DNA of 64,000 nt, taken from contig MU055574.1 in assembly GCA_013239625.1 (NCBI GenBank), positions 26,197,373-26,261,372 of the forward strand. Reading direction: 5' to 3'. Of the stretch, positions 1 through 13,489 are shown piece by piece (position 1 is the stretch's first letter; each line of letters begins with the position of its first letter). The notes beneath the pieces were generated by a model. The model made no database searches. It saw only the letters and a program-made list of their open reading frames with translations, and was not told where the DNA came from. This stretch comes from Lama guanicoe. Taxonomy: Eukaryota. Made by a program: the position numbers and the translations under genes.

Positions 1-182
1 CCCCGCCCTGGAAAACAAAAACACCCGTGTTGGAAAAAGTCCTGCCTTTCTACCACGGCCTCTTTATGTTTTTTAATGAAAAAGAACGACTGTCCCCACC
101 CGGCCGAGCACCTGTGACACCACATCCCTGCAGGTTGTCCCCGCCCGGGAACCTGCTTGGGTCAGAACCAGCCCACGGTTAC

Positions 183-259
183 CTGATGACCCTTCCGTCC
201 TCCACGTAGTACTGCACCCTGAGGAAGGCCACAAAGGGGGCGTCGGCCCTGCCGCCTTC
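183..259 (-). CDS. FRMD1: FRMD1 coding exon (77 bp, phase 0->2), EGGRADAPFVAFLRVQYYVEDGRVI; gene continues beyond the left edge
   Basis: Acceptor cccctcccag| and donor |gtaacc. Matches the FRMD1 FERM segment APFVAFLRVQHYVENGRVI as I recall it. Confidence 0.95.
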
Positions 260-354
260 CTGGGAGGGGGTGTGGGGAGATGGCCGCCCTGAGGCCTCAG
301 GGGAGGGCAGGCCGCCACCTCCGCCCCCAAGACCCAGCCCGAGCCTTAAGCTCA

Positions 355-786
<432 letters not shown>

Positions 787-1389
787 CTAGATGTTGGACC
801 GAGACGCTGAACTGGGACCGAGGCTGCTACACGCTGCAGACACAGCCTCGGAGGGCAGGGGCAGCGCGGCAAGACACGTCCAGGGGTCTCCCCTCAACCA
901 GCGGCCCCTCTCCCAGCTGTGGAACGAGTCCTTTGAAGACAGAAGTGCCTTAAACCTGGAACCAAATACGGCGACTTCAAGTCAACAATCAGGTGAACGA
1001 GCCACATCGGGAGGGGGTCACTGGACATGCTTCTTTCTAAATTCTGTGCTCTGTGTTTTTGGAACATTATGACCATGTGTTTCCTTTCCGAGCTGGAAAA
1101 GAATGAGATTGTCCTAGTGAGGAGCCTGAAGCCAAAGCCATCCCTCCGGTTACTCTGGGAACCAGGCGACCCGCAGGCCCTCGACAGCAGGCACAGACAG
1201 GGCAGGGCCGGGGACCCGCTAGTGCTGGCCATGTAGGGGGGGCGAGGCACAGGGCTGCCCACGCCACCCAGCAGCCCCGGCCTCGGGAGGTGTCTCCGGG
1301 TCACCAGCCCCCCCCCGGGTCCTGACAGGCAGCGAGGCAGGAGGGAGGTTTGTGTCTCCCCATTCTCACCAGGACAGGACGTTGCTCCT

Positions 1390-1470
1390 GCTGTGTGAAC
1401 TGTCCCCCCAGATTCACATGTTGAAGCCTCAACCCCAGGACCTTAGAACGTGACTGTGTTTGTGATGGCC
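1390..1470 (+). mobile_element. MLT1 (ERVL-MaLR) LTR 5' fragment
   Basis: tgaactgtcccccagattcacatgttgaagcctcaaccccaggaccttagaacgtgactgtgtttg resembles the MLT1 start. Confidence 0.75.
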
Positions 1471-1514
1471 GCCCCACGGCCGTCACATTGTGAGAGACTC
1501 TCTCTCTCTCTCTC

Positions 1515-2377
1515 TCGACTTCAGCACAGACACCCCCTCAAACACACACACCCTGCTGTTCGTGCCTGTCTGTGATGACAACAACTTTGGTTCCATGAGG
1601 CAGGAACACGTCTAGAACAAGATGACAGATGTGTGACACAGACACACTTCCTTCTCCCCAAATAAATCAAGCATCTGAGAAACACTCTTTTCCTGACTTG
1701 TCGTCTGTGAGGACCCGGACACGGAGCCCGGCGTCCAACGGCTGAGAGGGTGGTTCTGGACAAAAAAGAATCAAACTGGGGCAAAGCTACCCATAACTCA
1801 GCCCTCCCTGCACAGTGGGGAGAGTCCGCTAATACGAAAATTTGGTGGCACAACCGAGAAAAACAGCAGAAAAGGGGGTTGTCCTGAGCTCCATCCCCTC
1901 CCCTGGGGCCAGCCTGGGCGTCTGACACAGGACACCCCAAATCCAATCGACTTCAGCACAGACACCCCCTCAAACACACACACCCTGCTGTTCGTGCCTG
2001 TCTGTGATGACAACAACTTTGGTTCCATGAGGCAGGAACACGTCTAGAACAAGATGACAGATGTGTGACACAGACACACTTCCTTCTCCCCAAATAAATC
2101 AAGCATCTGAGAAACACTCTTTTCCTGACTTGTCGTCTGTGAGGACCCGGACACGGAGCCCGGCGTCCAACGGCTGAGAGGGTGGTTCTGGACAAAAAAG
2201 AATCAAACTGGGGCAAAGCTACCCATAACTCAGCCCTCCCTGCACAGTGGGGAGAGTCCGCTAATACGAAAATTTGGTGGCACAACCGAGAAAAACAGCA
2301 GAAAAGGGGGTTGTCCTGAGCTCCATCCCCTCCCCTGGGGCCAGCCTGGGCGTCTGACACAGGACACCCCAAATCCA
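1515..2377 (+). repeat. Perfect tandem duplication: 1515-1945 and 1947-2377 (431 bp each, 1-bp spacer)
   Basis: ORFs 1521..1946 and 1953..2378 translate identically; no nucleotide mismatch seen on inspection. Confidence 0.97.
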
Positions 2378-3167
2378 CCCCGGGGGAGCCTGGCTGAGTC
2401 TAAATGCAGGAATGCCCATCAGGACTCCACCTTCCCAACCCTAACCCGCCTGGTCCTTCCTCGCGGCCCGGCTTGCTTTCCCCTCTTGAGGGACTCGGTC
2501 ACCCTGAGATGGAACCTCGGGCTCCAAGGAGAGCCTGGCGAGGATGGGAAACAACCCAGGGACAAGCCCTGCCCCTCATCTCTGTGCCCGGGGCCCTGAC
2601 GGGTCAGGCGGCCCGACCACAGACCCTCCTCTGCCGGCCACTCGAGGGAACCAACATGGGGAGAAGAGCCGGGACATTGCACAAGGGCCACTGTGCAATG
2701 CATTGCACAGCTGACTCTCTTGCAGAAAGACTTAAAAATCTGCAGGACAAGCCGCTATGGCAGGGGCCCGGTCTTCAGGGCCCCGTGTTCCCATCCCTCA
2801 CTCGTGCCCCGACCTGGACACTGGCAAGCTTGTCCCCCGCCCACTGCATCTCTCACACACGCAGCCCCTGGGCCACCTGCTCTGTCCCTGCCCTCATCCC
2901 CCCATCCTAGGGTCTGCAGAGGCCTGCTGTGGGGGCCACAGAGGGAGCCCGGGACGGGAAGACAAGGCAGGCTGCCCACACCGGGATGCCAGCAAGGCCA
3001 CTCAGGGGTTTGCACACATCAGACCCACTGGAGGCCCTGTCAGGCCCGTGGCTTTGCAATGGACCCCTGTGGACCAGCGGACCCTGCCCGGGGTGCCAGC
3101 TCCCTGCTCTCTCCAGAAAGAACCAGCGTGAACGACAGTCTGCCCACCCTTGTTCTCCTGAGGAGAC

Positions 3168-3430
3168 TGTGTGAGTGTGCAAGCGTGTGCGTGTGTGAGG
3201 GCCAGGATGTGTGCAAGTGTGTGCATGGGACTGTGTGTATAGGTGTGAGTGCATGAGTGTGCCAGTGATTGTGGGGGTGTGGGAGTGCATGCACATGAGT
3301 GCGTGAATGTGTGTGTGAGTGTGTAAATGTTCATGTTTTGTGCATAAATACTTGTGTGTGAATGAGAGTGTAAGTGCATGTGAGTATATAACTGTGGGTA
3401 TGTGTGAGTGAGCGTGTGTGCACGTGTGTG
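3168..3430 (+). repeat. Degenerate (TG)n-rich simple repeat
   Basis: Visible TG/TGAG runs. Confidence 0.9.
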
Positions 3431-3604
3431 CTCAGATGTAGTGAGGAGGAGTCGCCCAGATGGCCGGAGTGCCCGCTGGAACACGTGGGCACCGAGGGGC
3501 ACCAGGCCGAGGCCCGGGGTCTCCTTTGGACTCTCCCTGAGACCACCCACTCCTGCCCAGGGAGGAGGCCAGGTCCTGGGGTCGTCCGGGCTGAGCTTGC
3601 TTAC

Positions 3605-3695
3605 TTCTGACCACGCTGAGGCCAAAGAAGTGGGTCCCTCTGATGCTGGTCTTGTCACACACCTGCTGGAAGAGCTCGCGCCCGGTGGCCTGCAC
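3605..3695 (-). CDS. FRMD1: FRMD1 coding exon (91 bp, phase 0->1), VQATGRELFQQVCDKTSIRGTHFFGLSVVR
   Basis: Acceptor cctttcgcag| and donor |gtaagc. FERM-N motif TGRELFQQVC...FFGL; phases fit both neighbours. Confidence 0.96.
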
Positions 3696-6600
3696 CTGCG
3701 AAAGGAAAGGGGGTCGGCGCTCAGGGCATGGGCCGGGGTGGCCCCCAGCAGCAGCGGGCGGTCCTCAGAGCGGGAGACCACCGAGCGCGGCTGGTGCGCT
3801 GGGGGGTTCGTTTGGGCTGCTTCCCACCCAGCGGAGGCAGCGCTGGGGTCCCTGATGACCTCCCCAGCTGACAGCATGACGTCCCCCCAGCTCAGTGGGC
3901 TGCCCGTGAAAGAACGGGGTGTGAGCGGGTGTGGGGGCCTGGAGGCCGTGCTTGACCCTGGGGCCGGAGCCTGCTCCCTCTGCCCCTGGACTGTGTACTC
4001 GGGGCATCCAAGGATGGGGGTGGCGGATGCTCTGTGGCCCCCACCTCGCATCCCACTGGCCTTTTTCCTCACCCTAAGCCAGGCAACCCTGAAAGTGGGG
4101 CTGGGGCCTGGACACACCTGGAGGGGTGTGTTGTGCGTGGGGAGGCCCATGTCCCCTCCAAGCACCCCCTCTGCCCACAAGTACCCCTGCTGGGCTTCAG
4201 GCCCCAGGCTGAGCCCCCAACCTCATCACCTTCTCCCTTCTCCCGGCTCCCACGCCACCCCCAGGCTTGGGAGCAGGTGTCTGTCCTCTGTGCACACACA
4301 GGGAAAGGCTGCCGCCTGGCTCAATGCAATCTATTATCCAATCTATTACCCCTTATCCAAAAATACTTCATTATGCCTAAACACTGAACAACTTAATAGC
4401 AAACACCCCATAAGTGCAAATTTCCAGTTGTCTCCTAATGGTCAGCATTTTTTGTGCTTTGCTGATTTGAATCAGGACTCAGGGAAGGTCCCGTCCCACG
4501 CCCTTTCCCTGCCCGTTGCTTTGCGGGACACACGGATCCTTCATCCCGCAGCCAATGTGTCTCTGGGTGGGTCTGGTGCAGTCCACTGTCCTCCAAATTC
4601 CCGCGTGTCTGTGTGTGTGAGGCCGGCCGGGGGAGGCTCAGGGTCACTGAACGAAGACCCGTGTACCGCAGGCAGCTGAGGTCCCTGCACAAAATCACAC
4701 GCAGCAGGCGGAGCGCGAGGGCCCAGGGCACTGAGCACGCGGCCCCCCGCCTGCTCCCAGTCTCTGGGGACTCCTGTGGCAGGCTTCCTGCTGAGGGACA
4801 CATACGCCTGGGGACCGGCGGAGCGCCTGTGGTTTGGGGAAGGCCGGCTGTCCTCTGCGAACCCACAGCATCTCCGGTGGTCCCGCTTCCCAGCAGTGAG
4901 TGCCCGTGACGGCCTTGTGGGCATCCATCTAACTGGGTGAGGGACAGCCCCTCAGCCTCCGTGATGCATACTGGCAGCAAAGGTCCTCCCAGCCCGCGAT
5001 TTCTGGACGCCTGGATGTGAGGGCGTGGTAGAGCTATATACGGGGTCCCCCTCACTGCTAGCCTGTGTGCACACGCCCCGAAATGAGCCGGCTCCGTGGG
5101 CCCCATGGCAGCCGAGATCTGTGCCTCAATCCAGGCGGTTCAGCTCTGCTCTGGCTGCACAGCCCTTCAGGAAAGCCTTACCCTGAATTTCACTGAGGAA
5201 ACAGGCTCACATGGTGGGGAGGGCAAGGCCCCAGGCCCCCCTCCCCGCTCCTTCCCCCCAGCCTCTTACTGTGCCTTCCCCGTGGCTGGAGGCACCTCTA
5301 AGGATGCAGGGAATTCCCGGAAAACCCACCAATGAGCCCCAGCATCTTGTCCTCAGATGGGGACATTGACTCAAATACAGACACGTGTCCCTGAGCAGAG
5401 CAGAGGCTCCCAGGACTTGGACCAAGACCTTCCCAGGAGCCAAGCTGCATTCAGATCCGAGAAGCAGCAGCAGATCAGCCCTGCAGGGACCACTCCCACC
5501 TAAGTGCTGCATTCCCACAAACCACAGTTCTCCCCAAAGAAAATGCGCCGTCGGGGGCCAGCCACCTTCCTCGGAGCTTTCCTGTGTGATGGGCAGAGGA
5601 GGTGAGAGCGGGAGAGAAGGAGAGACGGGGAGAGCCCAGCTTCCCCGGACTGAGCCGGAGGCAGCCTGCTGACAGCTGGACACGGGACACAGGTGTTTCC
5701 ACTTGGAAGTCAGCCGCCCGAGCCCTCTTGTCCCCGTGTTTCCAGGAAGGAGATGCAGAAATACGACGTGGTTCTCACGGTCAGCAACACCCATCAGGAA
5801 CTCTCCCTTCGGGGGCCAAATGAGAGGCCCGAGCCCTCCCTGGCCCTCCTCCAGCGCAGAGCCTGGGCTCCAGAGTGGGCGCCCCGCCGTCCGCGCTGCC
5901 CCGGCTCCCCTGCGGGAGCGGCGCAGCGACACCTGCCGTGGGAGCACAGATGGGCCCGGGACCCGGCGGTCATCGCCCAGAGCCCCGACTCGGCCCCGAG
6001 CACTCGCCCAGCCCGGGGCCTGGTTCGCAGCTGTGAGGTCAGACTGACGGGAAGGGGCTCGCCGGCCGCCGTGGAGAGGGTCAGGGAGGCAGGGCACGTG
6101 GGACGCGGCAGAGCGCCCGGCACGTGGGCCTCTAGCTGGTGCGGGGGGCTGCGGGGGCCCTGGCGGTAAGGAGGGGACAGGCTGGAGGCACGCGCAGCTG
6201 GACCGCGGCTCAGAAACGCCCGGAAGAGCCACGGCAATGGCACACGGGGGCGCCTGGCACCGGAGGGCCTAAGCCACTTCACTTCCTCTCAGTCCCCCAG
6301 CAACAGCGATGACAAGGTCCCAGCTGGCACTGACGCCCCAGGACACCCCAGCTCTCCGAGGGTCAGAGCTGGGGTGCAGGAGGCCCGGATGTGCAGGGAG
6401 TGGCGGGGGTGCTGTCCCCATGCCCTGGCTCACCACACAGTTCCTCCCGAGAGAAGTCCTGTCGGGGAGGTCTTTTGCGCCTCCCAGGAGTTCCTGTGCA
6501 AGGCCACTGCCCAACCTGGTCTCTTATTTCAGTCCCTCCTCCCCCAGGGAAGAAGTCAGGTACTGAGACCTCGTGGGAAAACCCAGCCAGTCAAGATGCC

Positions 6601-7298
6601 GAAAGGGGACGTGGAAGAATCAAAGGGGAGCAGGACCCAGGGGCCGCGTCAAAACTTAGCCCAGCTGCACGGGACTGCATGCCTGTTTGAATGCTGGGAA
6701 GCTTTGGGGCCTGGGGACCCCAATTTCTCCCTTCTAACATCGTCACCTTCATGGGAGAACAGACCTCGGTCTGTGCCTCCCAGCAGGACCGCACGGTCGC
6801 CTGCAGACAAGGTGGGGACCAACCGACTCCTGTCTCCTGGGTCTGAATCTGGTCCCCTAGCCCACTTCAGTGTTTCTTCCAGGTGGAGGACGCAGCCTCC
6901 CTCACATCCGCCCCCAGTCAGGTCCCAGGAGGAGGCTCCAGGAGGGACGGGCCCCTCAGAATGAAATCAACCCACGTGGACGCAGACCCTGGGAACTGGG
7001 CGCTGCTCAGCCCCAGACAGTGGACGCTGTGGGCGCCAGGCTGTGTTCCGCTTGGGCCAGGTCTCAGCCACGGCTACAGAGCAGGAGGGACACACAGTGT
7101 AAAAGTGACCAGGGCCAGAGTCAGTTTCTCTACCTTCAGGGCAGCTAGTGGTGGCGGAAATTTAACACAATGCTGTCACTCAAAGAGGGAAGGGCAGTGA
7201 GAACACTGGCCCCACACGGTCTCCACACAGCCCTGCTGTCCCCACCGTCACCCCTGCACACATGGCCTGTCCCCACCTCCGCTCTCCGGCATGCTCAC

Positions 7299-7435
7299 CC
7301 GCACGACCAGCCGCAGCCGCTCCCGTGTGGGCAGCACCACCAGGACATCCCTGTGCTCCGCCGTCATCTCCCGTCCCGGGGTCGCTCCCGCTGGCTGCAC
7401 GTGGGATCTCAGGAGCAGGATCCCCTCGTCGCCTC
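7299..7435 (-). CDS. FRMD1: FRMD1 first coding exon containing MTAEHRDVLVVLPTRERLRLVVR (ATG at 7367; a further in-frame ATG at 7532 if used as a longer first exon)
   Basis: Donor |gtgagc at 7298 (phase 0) and acceptor ttctctcccgcag| at 7436. Peptide matches FRMD1 [21 protein letters not shown]. The 5' boundary is isoform-dependent. Confidence 0.9.
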
Positions 7436-7687
7436 CTGCGGGAGAGAACTCACTGGGGACCGAGCCCGGGCAGCCAACAGCCTGCATGCCACTGGAGGGA
7501 CAGGTGCACATGTCACCACCCTCTTCTGCCATCCATCCACAGGTGGGACGCTGTACCCCCAAATTCACCCAGCTGTGGGCTTCCCGGGGACGGGCGCCTG
7601 GCTGAGCTCCTGGCTGGGAAACCCGGCGGCGGTGCCCGGACAAGGTCCAGAGTCATAAAGAGCGGGCCGTGTGCAGGTGGCTGGAAC

Positions 7688-7698
7688 GCAAATAAACA
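7688..7698 (-). promoter_or_regulatory. Forkhead (FOXA-type) site TGTTTATTTGC upstream of the first coding exon; possible proximal promoter element
   Basis: Consensus match about 160 bp upstream of ATG 7532. Function untested. Confidence 0.4.
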
Positions 7699-8764
7699 CC
7701 AGGCTGGCACCGCCCGGCCTCCAGCCGACCCAACCACCCAGGGACCCTTTGCAGGCTCCGGCCGCAGCCTCCCTGTTCATCTCCTTGGTTCAGGGACTGA
7801 ATGTCAGGTGCCCAAAGCCCATTACCCGGATCCCAGACCCAGGGCTGCCACCGAGGACCCTGCAGGAGCTGGAGGGGCCGCCAGAGCTCAGAGGATGCCT
7901 GGCAGAGCGGCCTCCCTCCCCCACTGCACCCTTCCTCCCGTCCAGAGGCAGCAGCAGTGCTGGACCCCAAACAAGGCCCAGTTCAGACCTGCTCTGAGCC
8001 CCTTTGGGCCGTGGCCACTGCCTCCTGCCCGGCCTGCGAACACCTGCTGCAGGTGAAGGCGGGGGTGGCAGGGACCATCTCCCACCACAGAGGGTAAGCT
8101 GAGCCGGTGAACTGTGACCCCCCTGGGAAGGCGTGTTGAAGGGCGAGGTCCTCACTTGGCCACAGAACCAGAGAACAACCCCCTTCCAGGGGCTTTGGAG
8201 CCTGAAGGCCCAGCCAGCACCCTGGGTGTGCCCATTACTGGGTGAGCCAGGAGGGGTCCTGAGCTGTCCCCCTTGGGAGGGACTGGGGAGGCATTTATCT
8301 GACAGACACAGGAGGCTGTGTGAGGCGCCACTGGGCAGCTCCCAGGGAACTGGGTTCCCGCTGTCCCTCTGTGGGGTCAGAAGGCGTGGAGAGCAGAGTG
8401 ACAAGGAGGTCTCTGCCTGGCTCTGCCTGCCTGCGACCCCCCATCGGCCCAGCTCTCCATGCCCCACGTGAGTCCAGGACACCACTGCCATATTCTCTCT
8501 CCAGGGGTGGACGCAACACTGTTCTCATCCAACATGCGTGTCCTTGCAGCTGGCCACTGAGTGACTGTTTGAAATGTCCAAAGAGCCGGAAAGCAGGTAC
8601 CAGGCCCCCGCTGTCCCCTCAAGTGCGCCCGAGCTGCTCCAGTCACTGGCCTGGGACCCATGACTGAAGGTCACTGGCGTTCCTGCTGACGAAGGACACT
8701 GCCCCTTTCCACGAATGTCCGAGCACACGGGGAGGACTCGAGGGGGCAGCGCACCTCCGCAAAG

Positions 8765-8842
8765 CACGCGCACATGTGCACACACGCACACGAGCACACA
8801 CACGTGCGCACATGCGAGCACACGCACACCACACACACACGC
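8765..8842 (+). repeat. Degenerate (CA/CG)n simple repeat
   Basis: Visible CACA/CACG runs. Confidence 0.85.
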
Positions 8843-9194
8843 AGGAGCCCTGAGGCGGGGGAGGGAGGGGCACAGGAGTGAAGACTCTGGATACTTAGTC
8901 TTGGTCCTCTGTCACCAAATGGGCCTGCCAAGAATGTTCTAGAAATAAAGCCTCTGAACCATAATTCCAGAAAGCACAGGCTTCACAAAACAAGGCAGGA
9001 GAGCCACTCAGCAACAAAGGCGCGTGGCCCTGATACGGGCACAGGGAACAGAAAGCCGTGCCACTGCAGGGACACACGTCTGGGTCCAGATTCCATGAAC
9101 TCACAGAAAAGGCAACAACACGCAGAGACGCAGAGAGCAGGCCCGCACTGCCCGGGCTGGAGGCCGCCGCCCAGGGTGTGGGACGTCCCACAGT

Positions 9195-9320
9195 CGGACA
9201 GTGGTGGCTGCATGTTGTAAACTTACTAACACACACTCAACTGTTCACTTAAAGCGAGTGTATTTTATAGCATGTAAATCATACCTCAATAACTCTATTA
9301 AAACACGTTATAAAATACTG
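9195..9320 (+). mobile_element. Old L1M 3'-end fragment
   Basis: actgttcacttaaagcgagtgtattttatagcatgtaaatcatacctcaataa resembles the L1MB/MC terminus. Confidence 0.75.
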
Positions 9321-12300
9321 GAAAATCACAGAAAGTCACTCAACTTCCCGGCAGGTGTGTGCGCGTGGCTGTGTATGCACACGAGCGTGAGTGCGCGCGT
9401 GCCCTGGGGACAGAGGACGCTGGCAGCCGGCCTCTCCTGCACCATCAGGAGCGTGTGGGCCCTTCCGTGTGCCCCACCTGCCCTTTGGAGGCAGCCCTGA
9501 GGGTCACAGTGACACGTTCTGGGGACAGGGGGTCTGAGTCCGGAGGCCGAGCTGCATCGCTAGAGGCCTTCCCGCCGGCCCCCACCACCCAGCGCGCGCT
9601 TGCCGCCCCCTCTGGGGCCCCGCACGCCTGGACCCCGGCGACCGGGGAAGAGCCGGGCCGCGCCCCACGGCCACGCTCGCCACGCCGCTTCTTGCTGTGC
9701 TTCTTTCATCCTCACCTGCCTTGGAAAGGAGGTTGGATGCCACCAGCTCGCGCACTGTACCCGCAGGGAGCACGAGGCCCAGAGAAGCCAAGGGCTGTCC
9801 AGCCCCGGATCTGCCATCTCTCAGGCCCAGAGACCCTCTAGGGAACTGCTCATTCTCGTGGACCTGCCCAGCGTAACTCCGGTGTCCCGGGCCGATAGAT
9901 GTCAGCATTTTGGGACGCGCTGGGGTCTGACGGCCGCCCGGAGACGCGGGTGAGTGCGGAGGCTGGGGCAGCCCGGACGTGCCTCAGCCTGGCAGTGGGA
10001 GGGAGCTGAGGACCCCTCACAGCCCCAGCCCAGAGACCATGGACACTGGAGGGGTCACCCTGTGGGGGTCCCGGGCCTGCTTCCCAGAGGAAAGGCAGAG
10101 GCAGCTGGAGGGCTCTCTGCGGGCCACGCAGGCAGGCCGGGCTGTGTCTGCCACCCGCTCCCGCCTCTTGGCCTCAGTTAAAACCCAAAGTCAAGAGCAG
10201 GTGTGGGAGGGCCGGCGCACCCAGGCCCGTGGCCCAGCCCTCTCAGCACGCGCTGCTCTTCCTCAAACTGACCTTTGGCTGAGGTTCCAAAGTGACGCCC
10301 TGCAGGGAGCACCTGCAGTCTGATTCCTTCTTTATCTGCAGCAAGCACTGCCCACCACCCCACCACCACCCCGGTGAAAGCGGGGCTCCTAGGCTCACCT
10401 GGCACCCACAGGACAGCCACAGGGCACCTCTGGGTGCAACCATCAGGCTAAGATTCAGGGACACAGCAGTGACAGACAAGGAAAGGAATGGGGCCAAGGG
10501 ACTCGCGGAAGCCACAGGCACCATGTGAGTAGGCTCAGTAGGACGAGGTCCATGAACATTGCGGCCAAGGGCACACTAGGCCTCTGGGCCCTGGGACAGG
10601 AATGAGCCGGACACAGTGGCGACCAGTGCCCCTAGGCCGAGCTCCAACGTCCCTCTCACGTGACATCCTAAAACCAAGCCCCACCCCATCAGCCGCCCTG
10701 CCCCTGCTGCCCCGGCCCCATCAGTCCAGTCTGGGAGCTGCAGAGAGCGAAGCTACTGGTCCTTGTCTGGACCCACTTCTGGGCTCGCCCACCAGGACCA
10801 GATGCCAGTGTGACAAAGTCCCAAGCTGACTGTCCAGTCAAGGGACACCTGCCTTTTCAGCATCCATGCAGCTGACAAAGGGGCACAAGAACAAGAACTT
10901 GGGGTAGAGAAGAAACATGCATCTCAATGCCGTGCGCATTTTGTGTGTGTTCTAGTGGAAAAGTTTCTGCTTCAGAGAAATGGATCATAGTGGACAAAAT
11001 GCTACAAAGTCAAAAAATTAGCCAATCTAGTTGAATAAGAAATTAAATTAAATTAATTAACCCGAACAAGAAAGGCATCTGAGAAGTACAGGGGAACTGT
11101 GAGAACGTGGGATGGGCTGTCCCTCGCCCTCGCGTCCCCAGGCACAAAGACACAGCTGGAAGAATTCGCTGAGACACAGGAATGCGTAATTGCCTGCTGG
11201 TGGGATGCGGACGGGGCAGGGCCGCTCGGGGCCCAGAGTCCAGGGCCCAGGGTCAGCAGGACCCTGTGTGGACACTCGCACAAGGACGGGGACGGGCCTG
11301 GGCCCCTTGGGGTCAGCAGACTGCGGGAGCAGCAGAGTGGAGCGTCTCCCCTTTTCTGAGGCCCAGCCCTTTCCAGCCTTTAATATAAATCAATTCACCT
11401 GTCACACGTGACACTCACCTTTCACTGTGAGAGCTGCTCCCGGAGCACTGGCGGTGCACCGGTGTTACTCCTGCCAGGAATCAGGGCTGGAGGCCCGGAC
11501 GCGTGGACGCCCCAGGCCACCCCCTCTGAGCACAGAGCCACAGCACAGGGGCGGGGGAGGCCCTTCACCCACCACCTAGAGCCACACCCCAGTCAAGGCC
11601 GTGCTGACTGGACCAGCCTGGGAGGTACGTGAACGTCCCGTCCTGAGGCCCTTGGTTACTTTCCCCCGACACCAGTGGGGGGACCCTTCATTTAAAGGGG
11701 TGGAGCAAGACACTGTCTGTGTCCCCCACCTCCCACTTTGGTTAGGGCACCCCCGTGGACGGAGGCCCGGGCCCCCTCCCAGCCCCTCCCAGCCCCCGCT
11801 TCTCCTGCACAGGGCTTTGTGCGCCCAGAGCGCAGGCTTGGGAAGCCAGGACTGGGGAGGGGGCGTGCGTGGGTCAGAAGCCCAGACGGAGAGAGTCAGC
11901 AGCATGTACAGAATTTGGTGTTTGCTGCAGGATGGCAGGGCTGGGGGTCCCAGGGACAGCTGGCTCTGAGTCACATGGAGGGCCCCCCTCATCCTACAAC
12001 AAGCCGGGGACAAAGACATCATCGTCCCCACTGCAGAGATAAGAACTCTGAGGCGGGAGGGGCTGGCGCTTGTCTGAAGCCTGCAGCTGTTACTTGGTGG
12101 GACAAATCGGCGTTTGCTCCAGTTGGGGACACGGGGTTGTGCTGCTCGAGCCACTGCCCTCCAGTCACGGTCACTAGATCCCTGACTTGGACACAGAGGG
12201 CCCCTAGGATCAACCTCGGCCTTGCTCCTGAGGAGAGAGGTGAAATGCAGGACAGGACAGGACAGTTCGGGAGAAGGGAGCTGCAGAAAAGGGAAGCAGT

Positions 12301-13489
12301 GAGCCAGCTGACTGCAGCCTCCGTGGCCCAGGCCCCCGCCCCTCTTGCCCTCCAACTCCCCTTTCAGCCCGGAGAGCAGATGCTCAGCGTTCCCTCCCTG
12401 CCTCCTCCCCTCTGCGCACAAATGCTAGCCTTGCTCAATTTGCCACGACTATTAGTTTAGGATGGAGCTCCCCTACTCCTGCCCCCACAACCCCTGCCCC
12501 CACCACCTGACCTGCACTGAGCCCTGGGGCCCGGGGCAAGAGGCTTGGGGGGGCAGCCCAGACAGGGGGCCTTCCACCCCTCACCTCCGCTGCGCGAGCG
12601 TTCAACTCCATTCAGCAAAGTTTAGTGCTTCCAAATATGTGAGCTAGTTACCCAAAGGGCTTTGGGATTCAGCTGTCTGTCTGTCTGTCTGTCTGCTGGG
12701 TTACGCATTTCCACCCCTGAGGCCTCCCCCACCCTCACTCGGAACCCGAGCTGTCCCTGTGCCGACTCAGGGACACTGGAGCCATAGCTCCAGAGAGAGA
12801 GACACACTTTGGAAAGTAAAACGGATTTTGGCAAAAGGCAGCCCCAGTGCCAGGGCCACAGGCTGGGGCCGCAACTCACCTACGAGTCTGTGACGAGCAG
12901 GAAGCCGCCCAGGCTGCAGGTGCAAACCCGGACTGGCTACAGGCAGCTGGGCAACGTGGGGAGCGGTCCCTAGGCCTCCCCATCCTCAGCTGTGTGCCGG
13001 AGACCGTGGGATAAGCGGCCTGGTGTGTGTGGAGTAGGGGAGCCAGGAGAGGGGTGGTCCGCACCCACAGGGAAAGGGGGGTGTTTTCCCACAAACGCAG
13101 TTTACAATCTGCACAGGAACACAGGCTGGCTAAGTGCACTTTATTGTTGCTTTTGAGCCCTCTACCCATCAGGCATCCCTTCCCGTTTGCATCGGGCAGA
13201 CCCCACCCCCTGTTCTCAGGTCCCTAGACGCCACGGGCCCTGGGGGGCCCAGAGGAGGGCGCGGCCGCAGCCACGCTGCCAGCAGGGCGCCTCCGGCTTA
13301 CTGCTGGTGGGGTTCTGCCCTCAGACAAGCGAGAGGACGGCAGAGCCGTGGAGACTCGGGACACGGGGTGCCGGCCAGGCGGGGGGACCGGTCACCCTGG
13401 CACTGGAGGCATCCATTCCTTCCTTTATTCTGGAGGCGCCACCAAGCCCACTGCTGAGCTGCCCGGTGTGTCCCTGTCACTGGGAAACA

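Noticed and set aside
3002-4679. Long ORFs of 392 and 423 aa
   Set aside because: They arise from high GC content and a TG repeat, overlap the real 91-bp FRMD1 exon in another frame or strand, and show no domain features.
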